In this document: positions 9,599-18,464 of the stretch, piece by piece
Position numbering within the stretch: the first letter of the stretch is position 1
Layout: every line of letters begins with the position of its first letter
NCBI GenBank assembly: GCA_044344255.1
Contig: JBIJDH010000027.1
Location: 24,630-88,629 of the forward strand
DNA from: Myxococcota bacterium
GTDB lineage: Bacteria > Myxococcota_A > UBA796 > UBA2385
DNA length: 64,000 bases
Direction of reading: 5' to 3'
Notes under the pieces: model-generated
Databases searched by the model: none
What the model saw: the letters and a program-made list of their open reading frames with translations, nothing else
Told to the model about the DNA's origin: nothing
Program-made: the position numbers and the translations under genes

Positions 9599-10624
9599 AT
9601 GTTCAATTCCGTGCTCGGCGCGATCACCTCCGATCTGGCCGTCGATCTCGGCACCAGCACGACGCGCATCGCGGTCGCCGGCCGCGGCGTCGTCTCTGCC
9701 GAGCCCTCTGTCGTCGCCATCGTGGAGGACCGCCAGGGCCGCCGCCGCATCCTCGCGGTCGGCGCCGCCGCCGCACGGATGGAGGGGCGGGCCCCTCGAG
9801 ACGTCCGGGTCGTGCGCCCGATCCACGACGGGTCGATCGCCGACTTCGAGGTCGTCGAGGCCATGCTCCGGCACCTCGTGGTCATCGTCCAGGGTCGGCG
9901 CCTGTGGGTGGGCCCGCGGGTGACCATCGCGGTGCCGTACGGCATCACGGACATGGAGCGCAGGGCGATGCGGGAGTCCGCTGAGGCCTCCGGCGCGCGC
10001 GAGGTGATCCTCGTTGATCAACCGCTGGCTGCCGCGGTCGGCGTCGGGCTGCCCATCCACGAGGCCCGCGGGCACATGATCGTGGACGTCGGCGCCGGTA
10101 GCACGTCGGTGAGCGTCATCTCGCTCGGCGGGGTCGTCTACTCCCGGTCCGTGAAGGTGGGCGGCGACCATATGGATCTCGCCATCATCCACCACGTCCA
10201 CGAGCAGCACGGGATCGTGATCGGGCGGGCGATGGCGGAGGAGGCCCGGCGCGCGATTGGCAGCGCCATGCCCGGCGCCCCCCGCGCGCAGTTCCTGGTG
10301 AGAGGACGACAGGCCGAGAGCGGCTACCCGCGCGCCGTCGAGATCGACTCGGACGAGGTGCGCGCCGCCCTGCAGGAGCCGGTGGGCCTCATCGCGGAGT
10401 CTATCCTCGCCTCCCTGGAGCGGACCCCCCCGGATCTGGCCGCCGACGTCTCCGAGACCGGCATCGTGCTCACCGGTGGTGTCGCCCAGATGAACGGCCT
10501 CGACCGGGTCGTGAGCCACTCCGCCGGCCTACCGGTGATCGTCGCCGAGGAGCCGACCCTCTCAGTGGTCCTGGGGGCGTCGCGGGTGCACCAAGTTGCC
10601 GAGCCCATCCGCCGCGCGAGCTGA
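9599..10624 (+). CDS. mreB: MreB-family actin homologue (divergent, no mreC/mreD downstream)
   Basis: DLGT, EPSVVA, DGSIADFE, RESAEASGAREV, DVGAGST, GIVLTGG. Confidence 0.85.
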   Translation: MFNSVLGAITSDLAVDLGTSTTRIAVAGRGVVSAEPSVVAIVEDRQGRRRILAVGAAAARMEGRAPRDVRVVRPIHDGSIADFEVVEAMLRHLVVIVQGRRLWVGPRVTIAVPYGITDMERRAMRESAEASGAREVILVDQPLAAAVGVGLPIHEARGHMIVDVGAGSTSVSVISLGGVVYSRSVKVGGDHMDLAIIHHVHEQHGIVIGRAMAEEARRAIGSAMPGAPRAQFLVRGRQAESGYPRAVEIDSDEVRAALQEPVGLIAESILASLERTPPDLAADVSETGIVLTGGVAQMNGLDRVVSHSAGLPVIVAEEPTLSVVLGASRVHQVAEPIRRAS

Positions 10625-10654
10625 GCCGGGGCGGATGAGCGGCTCACCTTCGGG

Positions 10655-10987
10655 TCAGGCCACGCCCGCCTTCCCGATGAGCTCGTTCAGCTTGGCCTGA
10701 TTGAGCGTGCCGACGTGCTGCCCCACCACCTTGCCCTCATTGAAGACGAGCAGGGTGGGGATGCTGCGCACCTGGTACTTCATCGCGACCTTCTGGTTCT
10801 TGTCGACATCGACCTTGGCGACCTTGAGGCGCCCGGCGAAGCTGTCGGCGGCGGAGTCGACGAGGGGCGCGATGACCTTGCAGGGGCCGCACCAGATGGC
10901 CCAGAAGTCTACGAGGACCGGCCCTCCGGCAGCGACGAGCTGGTCAAAGTCAGTGTCGGTCGCGGTGATCACGTTCGGGCTGGCCAT
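10655..10987 (-). CDS. trxA: Thioredoxin
   Basis: VDFWAIWCGPCK, VRSIPTL; AGGAG RBS before ATG 10987. Confidence 0.95.
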   Translation of the reverse strand: MASPNVITATDTDFDQLVAAGGPVLVDFWAIWCGPCKVIAPLVDSAADSFAGRLKVAKVDVDKNQKVAMKYQVRSIPTLLVFNEGKVVGQHVGTLNQAKLNELIGKAGVA

Positions 10988-11157
10988 CTTGACTCCTGGG
11001 AGGCCTCGGCGAGGCTCCAACCTGCAAGGGAGTTGGGTACGGAGAGTCGCCGACCCCGGGGGCCGCGCGGCTCGCCCCGCTCATGTAGGATCGGGCGCGC
11101 GCCGCGACAAGCCCGCATCCACGGAGACACCGCTCCATCGTAAGAGGATCCTGTTGT

Positions 11158-12783
11158 ATGGCCGAGAACTGGGCTGACGATGCGTGGTCGGGGCGCGACT
11201 TCCTCGACGTCGTGGAGGGGCCGATCGATCGGTTCCGGCCGATCCGCGTGCTCTTCCTCGTCCACCGCACGAGCGCCAGCGGCACCCTGTTCGTCACCGG
11301 AGACTGGGCCTTCTCCATCCGGAGCTACAATGGCCAGATCGTCTCTGCGGAGGGGGCACGGGGCCTGATGTCCGCCCTCGGCATCGAGGCCGAAGAGACC
11401 GATCTCCTCTCCCAGCTCAGCGCGGCGATCCGGGCCGGCATCAGCGCTGATCGGGCGATCGAGGCCGCAGGGGACGCGCTCGGCGACATGCTCGCCCACA
11501 CCAGCCAGTGGACCGACGGCCTCGTTCGCTTCGAGTCTGGCGGCGGGCGGGGTCAAGTCTCGATCCCGGTGTCGATCCCCCGCGTGATCGCCGGCGGGCT
11601 CCGCCGGGTCCGGCCCGCGGAGGTCGTCCGCCGGGAGCTTGGGCGGCACCGCCACGCCCCGCTGCGCCTGCAGGTCCCCAACGACGCCCCCGACTCCCAG
11701 TGGGGCCTCCCTCCCGTCGCCTTTCGCCTCGTCCGCGACGCGGTGCGCGTGAGCAGCCTGGGCGAGCTCCTTGGCGCCGCTCGCGGTGGAGAGACCGATG
11801 AGGGCTGGCTCGCCGTCGATCTGGCCGTACAGCTCGGCCTGCTGCAGATCCGCACGGAGTCCGTGCGTGGCGTCGCAGAGGTCGAGCTGAGCGCCGAGGA
11901 CCGGACCCTTCAAGCCGAGCTGCGCGGCGTCGCCCTCCACTTCGTCCGCGCCTCCGCCACCGAGGTGCTCCAGATCACCACCTCCGCCCAGGCCACCGAC
12001 GCAGGGATCGACCGCGCCTTCCGCGACGCCTCGAGCCGCTTTCACCCTGACCGCTTCATGCGCCACCACAAGGCCGTCCAGCAGGCCGCGGCCGAGTGTT
12101 TCGCGTTGGTGAGCGATGCCCGCTCCGCCATCCACGACAATCCCGAGGCCCGGGCCGAGCTCGAGGCCCGCCTCCGCGCCAAGGAGGAGGGCCGGACCTT
12201 CATCTCCGCTCGGGAGAAGGGCAGCATCGAGAAGGCAAGGAGCGCGGCAGACTTCGCCATCCGGAAGCGCGACTGGCAGGACGCCTGGACCCAAGCCTCC
12301 TTCGTGCTCGCCCTCGACCCCGCCGACTGCCGCTCGTTGTACGCGGCCGCCCTCGCCGGCTGGCGGCTCGGCAAGCTCAGCTCCACGGACGCGGTCGAGC
12401 GGATCCGTGGGCTCTCCTGGTCCAACCAGCGAGAGAAGGCTGAGGCCCTTTTTCAAGCCGGCGAGATCCTGGTCTCGGCGACCCCCATCACTCCGACGCA
12501 GGAGGCCGAGGCCCTCGGCCTCTTCCACCTCTCCGTGGCGGCCGACCCCGAACACGTCGGGGCGCGCCGCCGAATCCGCCTCCACGAGAAGCGCACGGCG
12601 CCCCCTCCTGAGCCGCCTTCCACCGGCGGCTTCTCCCTGAAGGGGCTCTTTTCGTGGCGAAAGAACGGCGGCACCGACGAGAGCGCGACCCCGCCGACCG
12701 AAGCCCAGAAGGACCGCTCGCCCGCCCCAGCCAAGGCCAACCCTGCGCCCGCCGGGCCCCCGAAGCCAGCTCCGAAGCGCTGA
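11158..12783 (+). CDS. J-domain (HPD) and TPR-containing protein, myxobacterial type
   Basis: SRFHPDRF J-domain motif, C-terminal TPR-like helices, DUF4388-like N-terminus (inferred). Confidence 0.7.
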   Translation: MAENWADDAWSGRDFLDVVEGPIDRFRPIRVLFLVHRTSASGTLFVTGDWAFSIRSYNGQIVSAEGARGLMSALGIEAEETDLLSQLSAAIRAGISADRAIEAAGDALGDMLAHTSQWTDGLVRFESGGGRGQVSIPVSIPRVIAGGLRRVRPAEVVRRELGRHRHAPLRLQVPNDAPDSQWGLPPVAFRLVRDAVRVSSLGELLGAARGGETDEGWLAVDLAVQLGLLQIRTESVRGVAEVELSAEDRTLQAELRGVALHFVRASATEVLQITTSAQATDAGIDRAFRDASSRFHPDRFMRHHKAVQQAAAECFALVSDARSAIHDNPEARAELEARLRAKEEGRTFISAREKGSIEKARSAADFAIRKRDWQDAWTQASFVLALDPADCRSLYAAALAGWRLGKLSSTDAVERIRGLSWSNQREKAEALFQAGEILVSATPITPTQEAEALGLFHLSVAADPEHVGARRRIRLHEKRTAPPPEPPSTGGFSLKGLFSWRKNGGTDESATPPTEAQKDRSPAPAKANPAPAGPPKPAPKR

Positions 12784-12840
12784 CCCCTCGCCCGTCACGC
12801 GGTGGTGCCGGCCGCCGCCCCGCGCTACACCGCGCCGGTC

Positions 12841-13638
12841 ATGGAGCGCGCACTCTTCATCCTCGCACTGCTGGCCTGGCTCCCACCGATCCTGCAGCGG
12901 TGGTCGGGCCGGGATCGTCTCCTGTTGCCGAACGGGCTCTGGCTCGGACTCGGGGTCCTGATGCAGATCGGGGCGCTCTCCGCGGAGGCCGTCGACCTGG
13001 GTCGCGTCCCCCTCGACTCCATGCGCTGGGGCCTCGCGCTCTTGTCCTTGTGGGTGGTCGCCGCCGCGCTCTACCTCCGCCGCCAACCGAGGATGGACAT
13101 CGTCGGGAGCCTCCTCGCCGGGCTGTCGATCCTGCTGCTGGGCGGCGCGATCCTCGCCCCGGACGCCGGCGAGGCCGATCCCTTCACCTCCTTCTGGTTC
13201 CTGCTCCACGTCGCCCTGATCCTCCTCGGAGTGCTCGGCCTCGCGTTGTCCTTCACGCTGTCTGTGCTCTTCCTCTGGCTGCGATGGCGGCTGAAGCAGC
13301 GGCAGCTCCAGGGCATCGCCCGCATGCCGTCGCTGGACACCCTGGACCGCTTGAACGCCCAGACGATGGCCCTCGGCTTCGTCTCCCTCACCGCCGGCAT
13401 GGGCGTCGGCTACCTCAGCATCGCCGCGCACCCCGAAGATCGACTGGTGCCCGATGTCACCATCTACACCACCCTCGCGATCTGGATCTGGTACGCGGCC
13501 GGACTGCACATGCGGCTCGTCGCCGGCTGGCGCGGGCGCCTCGCCGCGATCTTCGGCGTCGTCGGCTTCTCCGCCCTCGGCTTCCTGGTCGGCCTCGCGA
13601 TGCTCATGCTGAACGGTTGGCACGGGTTCGGTGACTGA
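12841..13638 (+). CDS. ccsA: Cytochrome c assembly family membrane protein (CcsA/HemX-like)
   Basis: Multi-TM protein with LHV and MPSLDTLD; immediately upstream of hemA. Confidence 0.8.
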   Translation: MERALFILALLAWLPPILQRWSGRDRLLLPNGLWLGLGVLMQIGALSAEAVDLGRVPLDSMRWGLALLSLWVVAAALYLRRQPRMDIVGSLLAGLSILLLGGAILAPDAGEADPFTSFWFLLHVALILLGVLGLALSFTLSVLFLWLRWRLKQRQLQGIARMPSLDTLDRLNAQTMALGFVSLTAGMGVGYLSIAAHPEDRLVPDVTIYTTLAIWIWYAAGLHMRLVAGWRGRLAAIFGVVGFSALGFLVGLAMLMLNGWHGFGD

Positions 13639-13639
13639 G

Positions 13640-14917
13640 ATGCGCCTCATCGCCGTCGGAATCAGCCATCACACCGCCCCGGTCGAGCTGCGAGAGAAGC
13701 TCGCCGTCGGGGCGGATCGTGTCCCCGAGCTGCTCACCCAGCTCCGGACCGACCAGCTCGGCACGGAGGCGGTGATCCTCTCCACCTGCAATCGGGTCGA
13801 GCTCTACGCCGTGCCCACCGGGGGCACCGGGCTCGATGAGCTCGCCGGATGGTTGGCCGAGCGAGGCGGCCTCCGCAGCCGGGTGGCGATCCCCCACATG
13901 TACCGCTTCGCCGAGCGGGACGCCCTCGAGCACCTCTTCCGGGTCACCTCCAGCCTCGACTCCCTCATCGTCGGTGAGCCGCAGATCATCGGCCAGGTCC
14001 GCGAGGCCTATCGGCTGAGCGTGACCCACCACTCGGCGGGTCCGATCCTGCGCCGGGTGATGGATCGAGCGTTGTCCGTGGCCAAGCGGGTCCGCAACGA
14101 GACGGACATCGGCAAGGAGGCGGTCTCGGTGGGGGCTGCGGGGGTGGAGCTGGCTCGCCAGGTCCTCGGGGACCTCGATCAGGCCTCTGCGCTGCTGATC
14201 GGGGCCGGGGCCCACGGCAAGCTCGTCGCCCGCACAATGCTGAACCAGCGCCTGGGCGAGCTCATCGTCGCCAACCGCACCTTTGAGCGGGCGGTGGAGC
14301 TCGCCCGCTTGCTGGGGGCCAGCGCCACTCACCTCGATGACATCGGCCGGTACCTCGAGCGGGTGGACGTCGTGATGTCGAGCGCCGGCGGCGGGCGCGC
14401 GCTGATCACCGCGGAGATGCTCGCGCCGATCATGCGCCGCAGGCGATACCGCCCCCTCGTCCTCATCGATCTCTCGGTGCCGCGCACCATCGCCGCCGAC
14501 GTCAACGACATCGAAGGCGTGTACCGCTTCGACGTAGACGACCTCACGCAGGTCGCCGAGACCGGCATTGAGAAGCGTCGGGTGGCGGCACAGAGCGCCC
14601 ATCGCATCGTCACCGAGGAGGTGGACGGTTGCTGGCGCCTCCTCGTCGATCATCAGGCTCACGAGCGCATCGGCGGCGTCGTCCGAAAGGCGGAGGCCTT
14701 GCGCCGAGCCGAGCTGGAGCGCGCGCTCTCCAGCCTCCCGCCGCTCGACCCCGCCCAGCAGGCCGTCCTCGACGCCATGACCCGGGCGATCGTCAAGAAG
14801 GTGCTCCACATCCCGCTCTCGAAGGCCCGCGCCCTCGCGGCCGGAGGCGAGCTCGAGCGCCTCGATGTCCTGTTGGCCCAGCTCGGAGAAGAAGGAGACG
14901 ACAATGGCGCCCCCTGA
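13640..14917 (+). CDS. hemA: Glutamyl-tRNA reductase
   Basis: HHTAPVELRE, STCNRVE, GEPQIIGQ, GAGAHG, NRTFERA, DLSVPR. Confidence 0.96.
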   Translation: MRLIAVGISHHTAPVELREKLAVGADRVPELLTQLRTDQLGTEAVILSTCNRVELYAVPTGGTGLDELAGWLAERGGLRSRVAIPHMYRFAERDALEHLFRVTSSLDSLIVGEPQIIGQVREAYRLSVTHHSAGPILRRVMDRALSVAKRVRNETDIGKEAVSVGAAGVELARQVLGDLDQASALLIGAGAHGKLVARTMLNQRLGELIVANRTFERAVELARLLGASATHLDDIGRYLERVDVVMSSAGGGRALITAEMLAPIMRRRRYRPLVLIDLSVPRTIAADVNDIEGVYRFDVDDLTQVAETGIEKRRVAAQSAHRIVTEEVDGCWRLLVDHQAHERIGGVVRKAEALRRAELERALSSLPPLDPAQQAVLDAMTRAIVKKVLHIPLSKARALAAGGELERLDVLLAQLGEEGDDNGAP

Positions 14918-15893
14918 GCGGACGGTTGAACAGTCCGTCGAACGATTGATCCTCGGGACCCGCGGCTCGAAGCTCGCGCTGACCCAGAGCGGGCAGGTGG
15001 CCGCCGAGATCACCCGACGCACCGGTGTGCCGGTCGAGCTCCGTGTCATCACGACCCGCGGAGATCGGATCCAAGACCGCCCGCTCCCCGAGGTGGGCGG
15101 GAAGGGTCTGTTCACGGCGGAGCTCGAGGCTGGCCTCCAGGACGGCAGCATCGATCTCGCGGTTCACTCCCTCAAGGACCTGCCCACCGAGAACCCGCCG
15201 GGGCTGTGTATCGCCGCCTTCCCTGAGCGCGCCGACCCGCGGGATGTCCTCATCGGCGGCCCGCTCGCCGCCCTGCCCCTTGGGGCCCGCGTGGGCACTG
15301 GCTCCCTCCGGCGAGAGCTGCAGCTGCGCGCCCTCCGCCCCGACGCGGCGATCGCTGGGATTCGCGGCAACGTCGACACTCGCCTCGCCAAGAAGGACGA
15401 TGGCAGCTACGACGCCGTCATCCTGGCCCTCGCCGGCCTCGGCCGACTCGGCATCGCTCGCCACGACCTCCACCCCTTCTCCCTCGAGGAGATGGTGCCT
15501 GCGGTGGGCCAGGGTGTGCTCGCCGTGCAGGCTCGCGCCGATGATCCGACGGTGCTGGCGCTGCTCTCGCAGATCGACCACGCCCAGACTCGGCGCTGCG
15601 CCCTCGAAGAGCGCGCCTTCCTCGCCGCCTTCGGGGGGGGATGTCACGTGCCTGTAGCGGCGTACGCTTGGTTCGAGGGCGCCGGTCGCTTGCGTATGGT
15701 CGCCGTCGGCCCTGGCGCCGACGGGGCCCTGCAGAGGGTCACGCTCGACCAGGGGCTGGGCGAGTCCGAGACGAGCGAGTCGGAGGTGGGTGAGTCGGAG
15801 GTCGGCGCCCTCGGCGCGGCGCTGGCCCGCAGGCTGCGCGCTCAGTCGCCAGCGCAGGCCTCATCGCAAGAGGCCGGCCAAGCTTCCGCGTAG
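14904..15893 (+). CDS. hemC: Hydroxymethylbilane synthase
   Basis: GTRGSKLALTQ, GGKGLF, VHSLKDLP, GTGSLRR, RGNVDTRL, GGCHVP. Confidence 0.96.
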   Translation: MAPPERTVEQSVERLILGTRGSKLALTQSGQVAAEITRRTGVPVELRVITTRGDRIQDRPLPEVGGKGLFTAELEAGLQDGSIDLAVHSLKDLPTENPPGLCIAAFPERADPRDVLIGGPLAALPLGARVGTGSLRRELQLRALRPDAAIAGIRGNVDTRLAKKDDGSYDAVILALAGLGRLGIARHDLHPFSLEEMVPAVGQGVLAVQARADDPTVLALLSQIDHAQTRRCALEERAFLAAFGGGCHVPVAAYAWFEGAGRLRMVAVGPGADGALQRVTLDQGLGESETSESEVGESEVGALGAALARRLRAQSPAQASSQEAGQASA

Positions 15894-16225
15894 AGGTCAT
15901 CGCAAGACATCGCCTCGAGGTCTTGGATACACTGCTCCGCCTTCTCCTTGTCGTAGGCGTCGCAGTTGCCGCCGCCCTCATCCTTCTCCTCGACGACGGC
16001 GGCCTCACAGTCCTCCACCGTCTCGTAGACCTGTGAGACGCCGAGGATCTCGCAGTCCACGTATAGATCACAGACCGCAGTGGCGTAGTCCGGCGCGAAG
16101 TCCTCCTGCTTGTACCCGCAGGCGACCAGCAGCCCGACGAGCAGCAGCCCCGGCTTCAGCCCAGGGGAAGGAGCAGGCCAGGATGAGCGTCGAGAGAGGG
16201 GGCGAACAGGGGCGGCGACGCGCAT
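15842..16225 (-). CDS. Small Cys-rich acidic lipoprotein (start uncertain)
   Basis: Lipobox LVAC plus 8 further Cys; coding-like codon usage. Confidence 0.7.
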   Translation of the reverse strand: MRVAAPVRPLSRRSSWPAPSPGLKPGLLLVGLLVACGYKQEDFAPDYATAVCDLYVDCEILGVSQVYETVEDCEAAVVEEKDEGGGNCDAYDKEKAEQCIQDLEAMSCDDLYAEAWPASCDEACAGD

Positions 16226-16304
16226 GGGGACCTCCGAGGTCGGTCGCTGTAGTCCGCAGCCCAGGCCCTCGCAAGCCGTGGGTGGCGTCGCCCGGGAGGC
16301 GAGG

Positions 16305-17069
16305 TTGACCCGGCGGCGCGTGCTCGTGACACGGGAGGAGGCCGAGCCGCTGGCGGGCTTTCTTCGCGCGCTCGACCTCGAGCCGCTTCACCTGCCGCTG
16401 TTCACCCTCGAGGCCACGGGCGCCCCACCGCCGACCGGCCGCCCCGGGCTCCTGCTCGTCAGCTCAGCCGCCGCCCTGCGCTTCCGGCCCGACCTCGCCG
16501 CGTACACCGCGGGGGCCCCGGCGGTCGCGGTCGGCGCGGCGACCGCCGAGGCGCTCCGGGCAGCGGGGATCGAGGTCCTCGCCGTCGGGCGCGCGGGCGG
16601 CGCCGAGGCCCTCCGCCTCCTCCCGGCCATCGCGGAGCGCGGCCCCGGGGCCTCGCGCTGGGCTGGAGCCTCGCTTTGGTACGTGGGCGCGGAGGAGCCT
16701 TCCGCCCCCCTCCGGGAGGCGCTCGCCGAGATCCCCCACGTTCACTGGTCGGTCTACCGGCAGCGCGGCGCCTCGCCCGCCGCGCTCCACACCCTCCGCC
16801 CCTTCGAGGCCGTCACGTTCGCCAGCCCCTCCGCGGTGGAGGCCTTCGCCGAAGATCCCCACCCCGCGGCGGTCATCACCATCGGTGAGACCACGGCTGC
16901 CGCCGCCCGAGCGCGAGGCTGGAGCGTCCACGCCATGGCAGAGGCCCCCTCCCTCCGCGCCCTCGCCGAGGCATCCGCCCGCCTCCTCCACCCCGCGGCA
17001 GGACACGCGGACGCCGAGGAGGCGCTGGACACGAGAGGCACGAAGGACGCCGACAGCCCACGTCGCTGA
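16305..17069 (+). CDS. hemD: Uroporphyrinogen-III synthase
   Basis: RVLVTR, AVGAATAEAL, FASPSAV, IGETTA; TTG start with GGAGG RBS; hem operon context. Confidence 0.85.
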   Translation: MTRRRVLVTREEAEPLAGFLRALDLEPLHLPLFTLEATGAPPPTGRPGLLLVSSAAALRFRPDLAAYTAGAPAVAVGAATAEALRAAGIEVLAVGRAGGAEALRLLPAIAERGPGASRWAGASLWYVGAEEPSAPLREALAEIPHVHWSVYRQRGASPAALHTLRPFEAVTFASPSAVEAFAEDPHPAAVITIGETTAAAARARGWSVHAMAEAPSLRALAEASARLLHPAAGHADAEEALDTRGTKDADSPRR

Positions 17070-17081
17070 ATAACAGACCCC

Positions 17082-18233
17082 TCAGCTGAACAGTCGCGCG
17101 AGGTCGCGGGCCATGTTCTTCTGGTGGCTCTCCAGCGTCCCACCGCCAATCTCGATGAGCTTGGCGTCTCGGAACAGTCGCTCCACCTTGTACTCGTCGC
17201 AGTATCCGTATCCACCGAGCACCTGCATCGCGGCGTCCGCGACCCACTTCGCGGTGGGGGCCGCGAAGAGCTTGGCGGCATCGGAGCCGATGCGGTTGCG
17301 CTTGTCCGGCCCGATGTCGTGCGCCACGCGGTACACGAGGCAGCGGGCCGCCTCCGTCCGCGCATAACTCTCCGAAATGTATCGCTGGATCTGCCCAAAC
17401 TCGTGGAGCGGCTTCCCGAAGGCCTGCCGCTCTCCGGCATAGCGCACCATGATGTCGATGCAGCGATCGGCGATGCCGAGGCTGATCGCCGCCAAGGTGA
17501 GCCGCTCGATCTCCAGGTTTCGCATCATGTGGGTGACGCCCTGCCCTTCGGCGCCGAGCAGGTTGGTCACCGGGATGACGGCGTCCTCAAAGACGAGCTC
17601 GCTCATCGTGCTGGCCCGCATCCCCATCTTGTGCAGCACCTGGCCGGTGGAGAAGCCAGGCGCACCCTTCTCGATGAGGAACGCGGAGATCCGCCCGTTC
17701 GTCTTCGCATAGACCATCACCACGTCGGCCTCGGGGCCGTTGGTGATGAAGATCTTACGACCGTTCAAGACGTAGGTGTCTCCGCGGCGCTCCGCGACGG
17801 TGGACATTCCCAACACATCCGTGCCGACCGACGGCTCGGTCATCGCCATCGCGCCGATCTTTTCACCGCTCAGGACGCCGGGGAGGATCCTCGACTTCTG
17901 CTCATCATTCGAACAATGGTAAAAATTGTTCACGAAGAGCATCGCGTGCGCGAGGTAGGCCAACGCGAAGCCGGGGTCAGACTTGGACAGCTCGTGGTGG
18001 ACGATCACGGCGGCCACGGTGTCGAGGCCGGCGCCCCCCTCCTCCGCAGGGATGGTCACGCCGAGGACGCCGAGCTCCCCCAGCTTGCGGAAGAGCGGGA
18101 CGTTGAGCACCCCGATGCGGTCCTGCGCGTCCGCCTGCGGCTCCACCTCATTCCGCGTGAAGTCAGCGACCAGCTCCCGGAGCATCCGGTGTTCATCGGT
18201 GGGGTGAAATAGCAGCTCGGGGATCGCGGTCAT
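17082..18233 (-). CDS. Acyl-CoA dehydrogenase (isovaleryl-CoA dehydrogenase-like)
   Basis: AMTEPSVGTD, LNGRKIFITNG, KMGMRAS, RQAFGK, GGYGY, RDAKLIEIGGGT. Confidence 0.92.
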   Translation of the reverse strand: MTAIPELLFHPTDEHRMLRELVADFTRNEVEPQADAQDRIGVLNVPLFRKLGELGVLGVTIPAEEGGAGLDTVAAVIVHHELSKSDPGFALAYLAHAMLFVNNFYHCSNDEQKSRILPGVLSGEKIGAMAMTEPSVGTDVLGMSTVAERRGDTYVLNGRKIFITNGPEADVVMVYAKTNGRISAFLIEKGAPGFSTGQVLHKMGMRASTMSELVFEDAVIPVTNLLGAEGQGVTHMMRNLEIERLTLAAISLGIADRCIDIMVRYAGERQAFGKPLHEFGQIQRYISESYARTEAARCLVYRVAHDIGPDKRNRIGSDAAKLFAAPTAKWVADAAMQVLGGYGYCDEYKVERLFRDAKLIEIGGGTLESHQKNMARDLARLFS

Positions 18234-18464
18234 GAGCCCTCCGGCGGTCGGGACGTGGACCTAGCCGCGCGAGAGGGGCCCGTCCAGCCGCCAGCGCCGG
18301 GACGCCGTCGTGCGCCCGGGTTAACGCGACCAGTCCTCAATTCGGGCGCTCTCGGCGCCACATCCTGTCGCTACCGCCCCCCTCCATCAGCGACGCCCTC
18401 ACCTCGCGGCCCTCGGCGGAGCGCCGCGCCCCCCGCACCCCGCTCACGCGCGCAGGGCCCCCGA

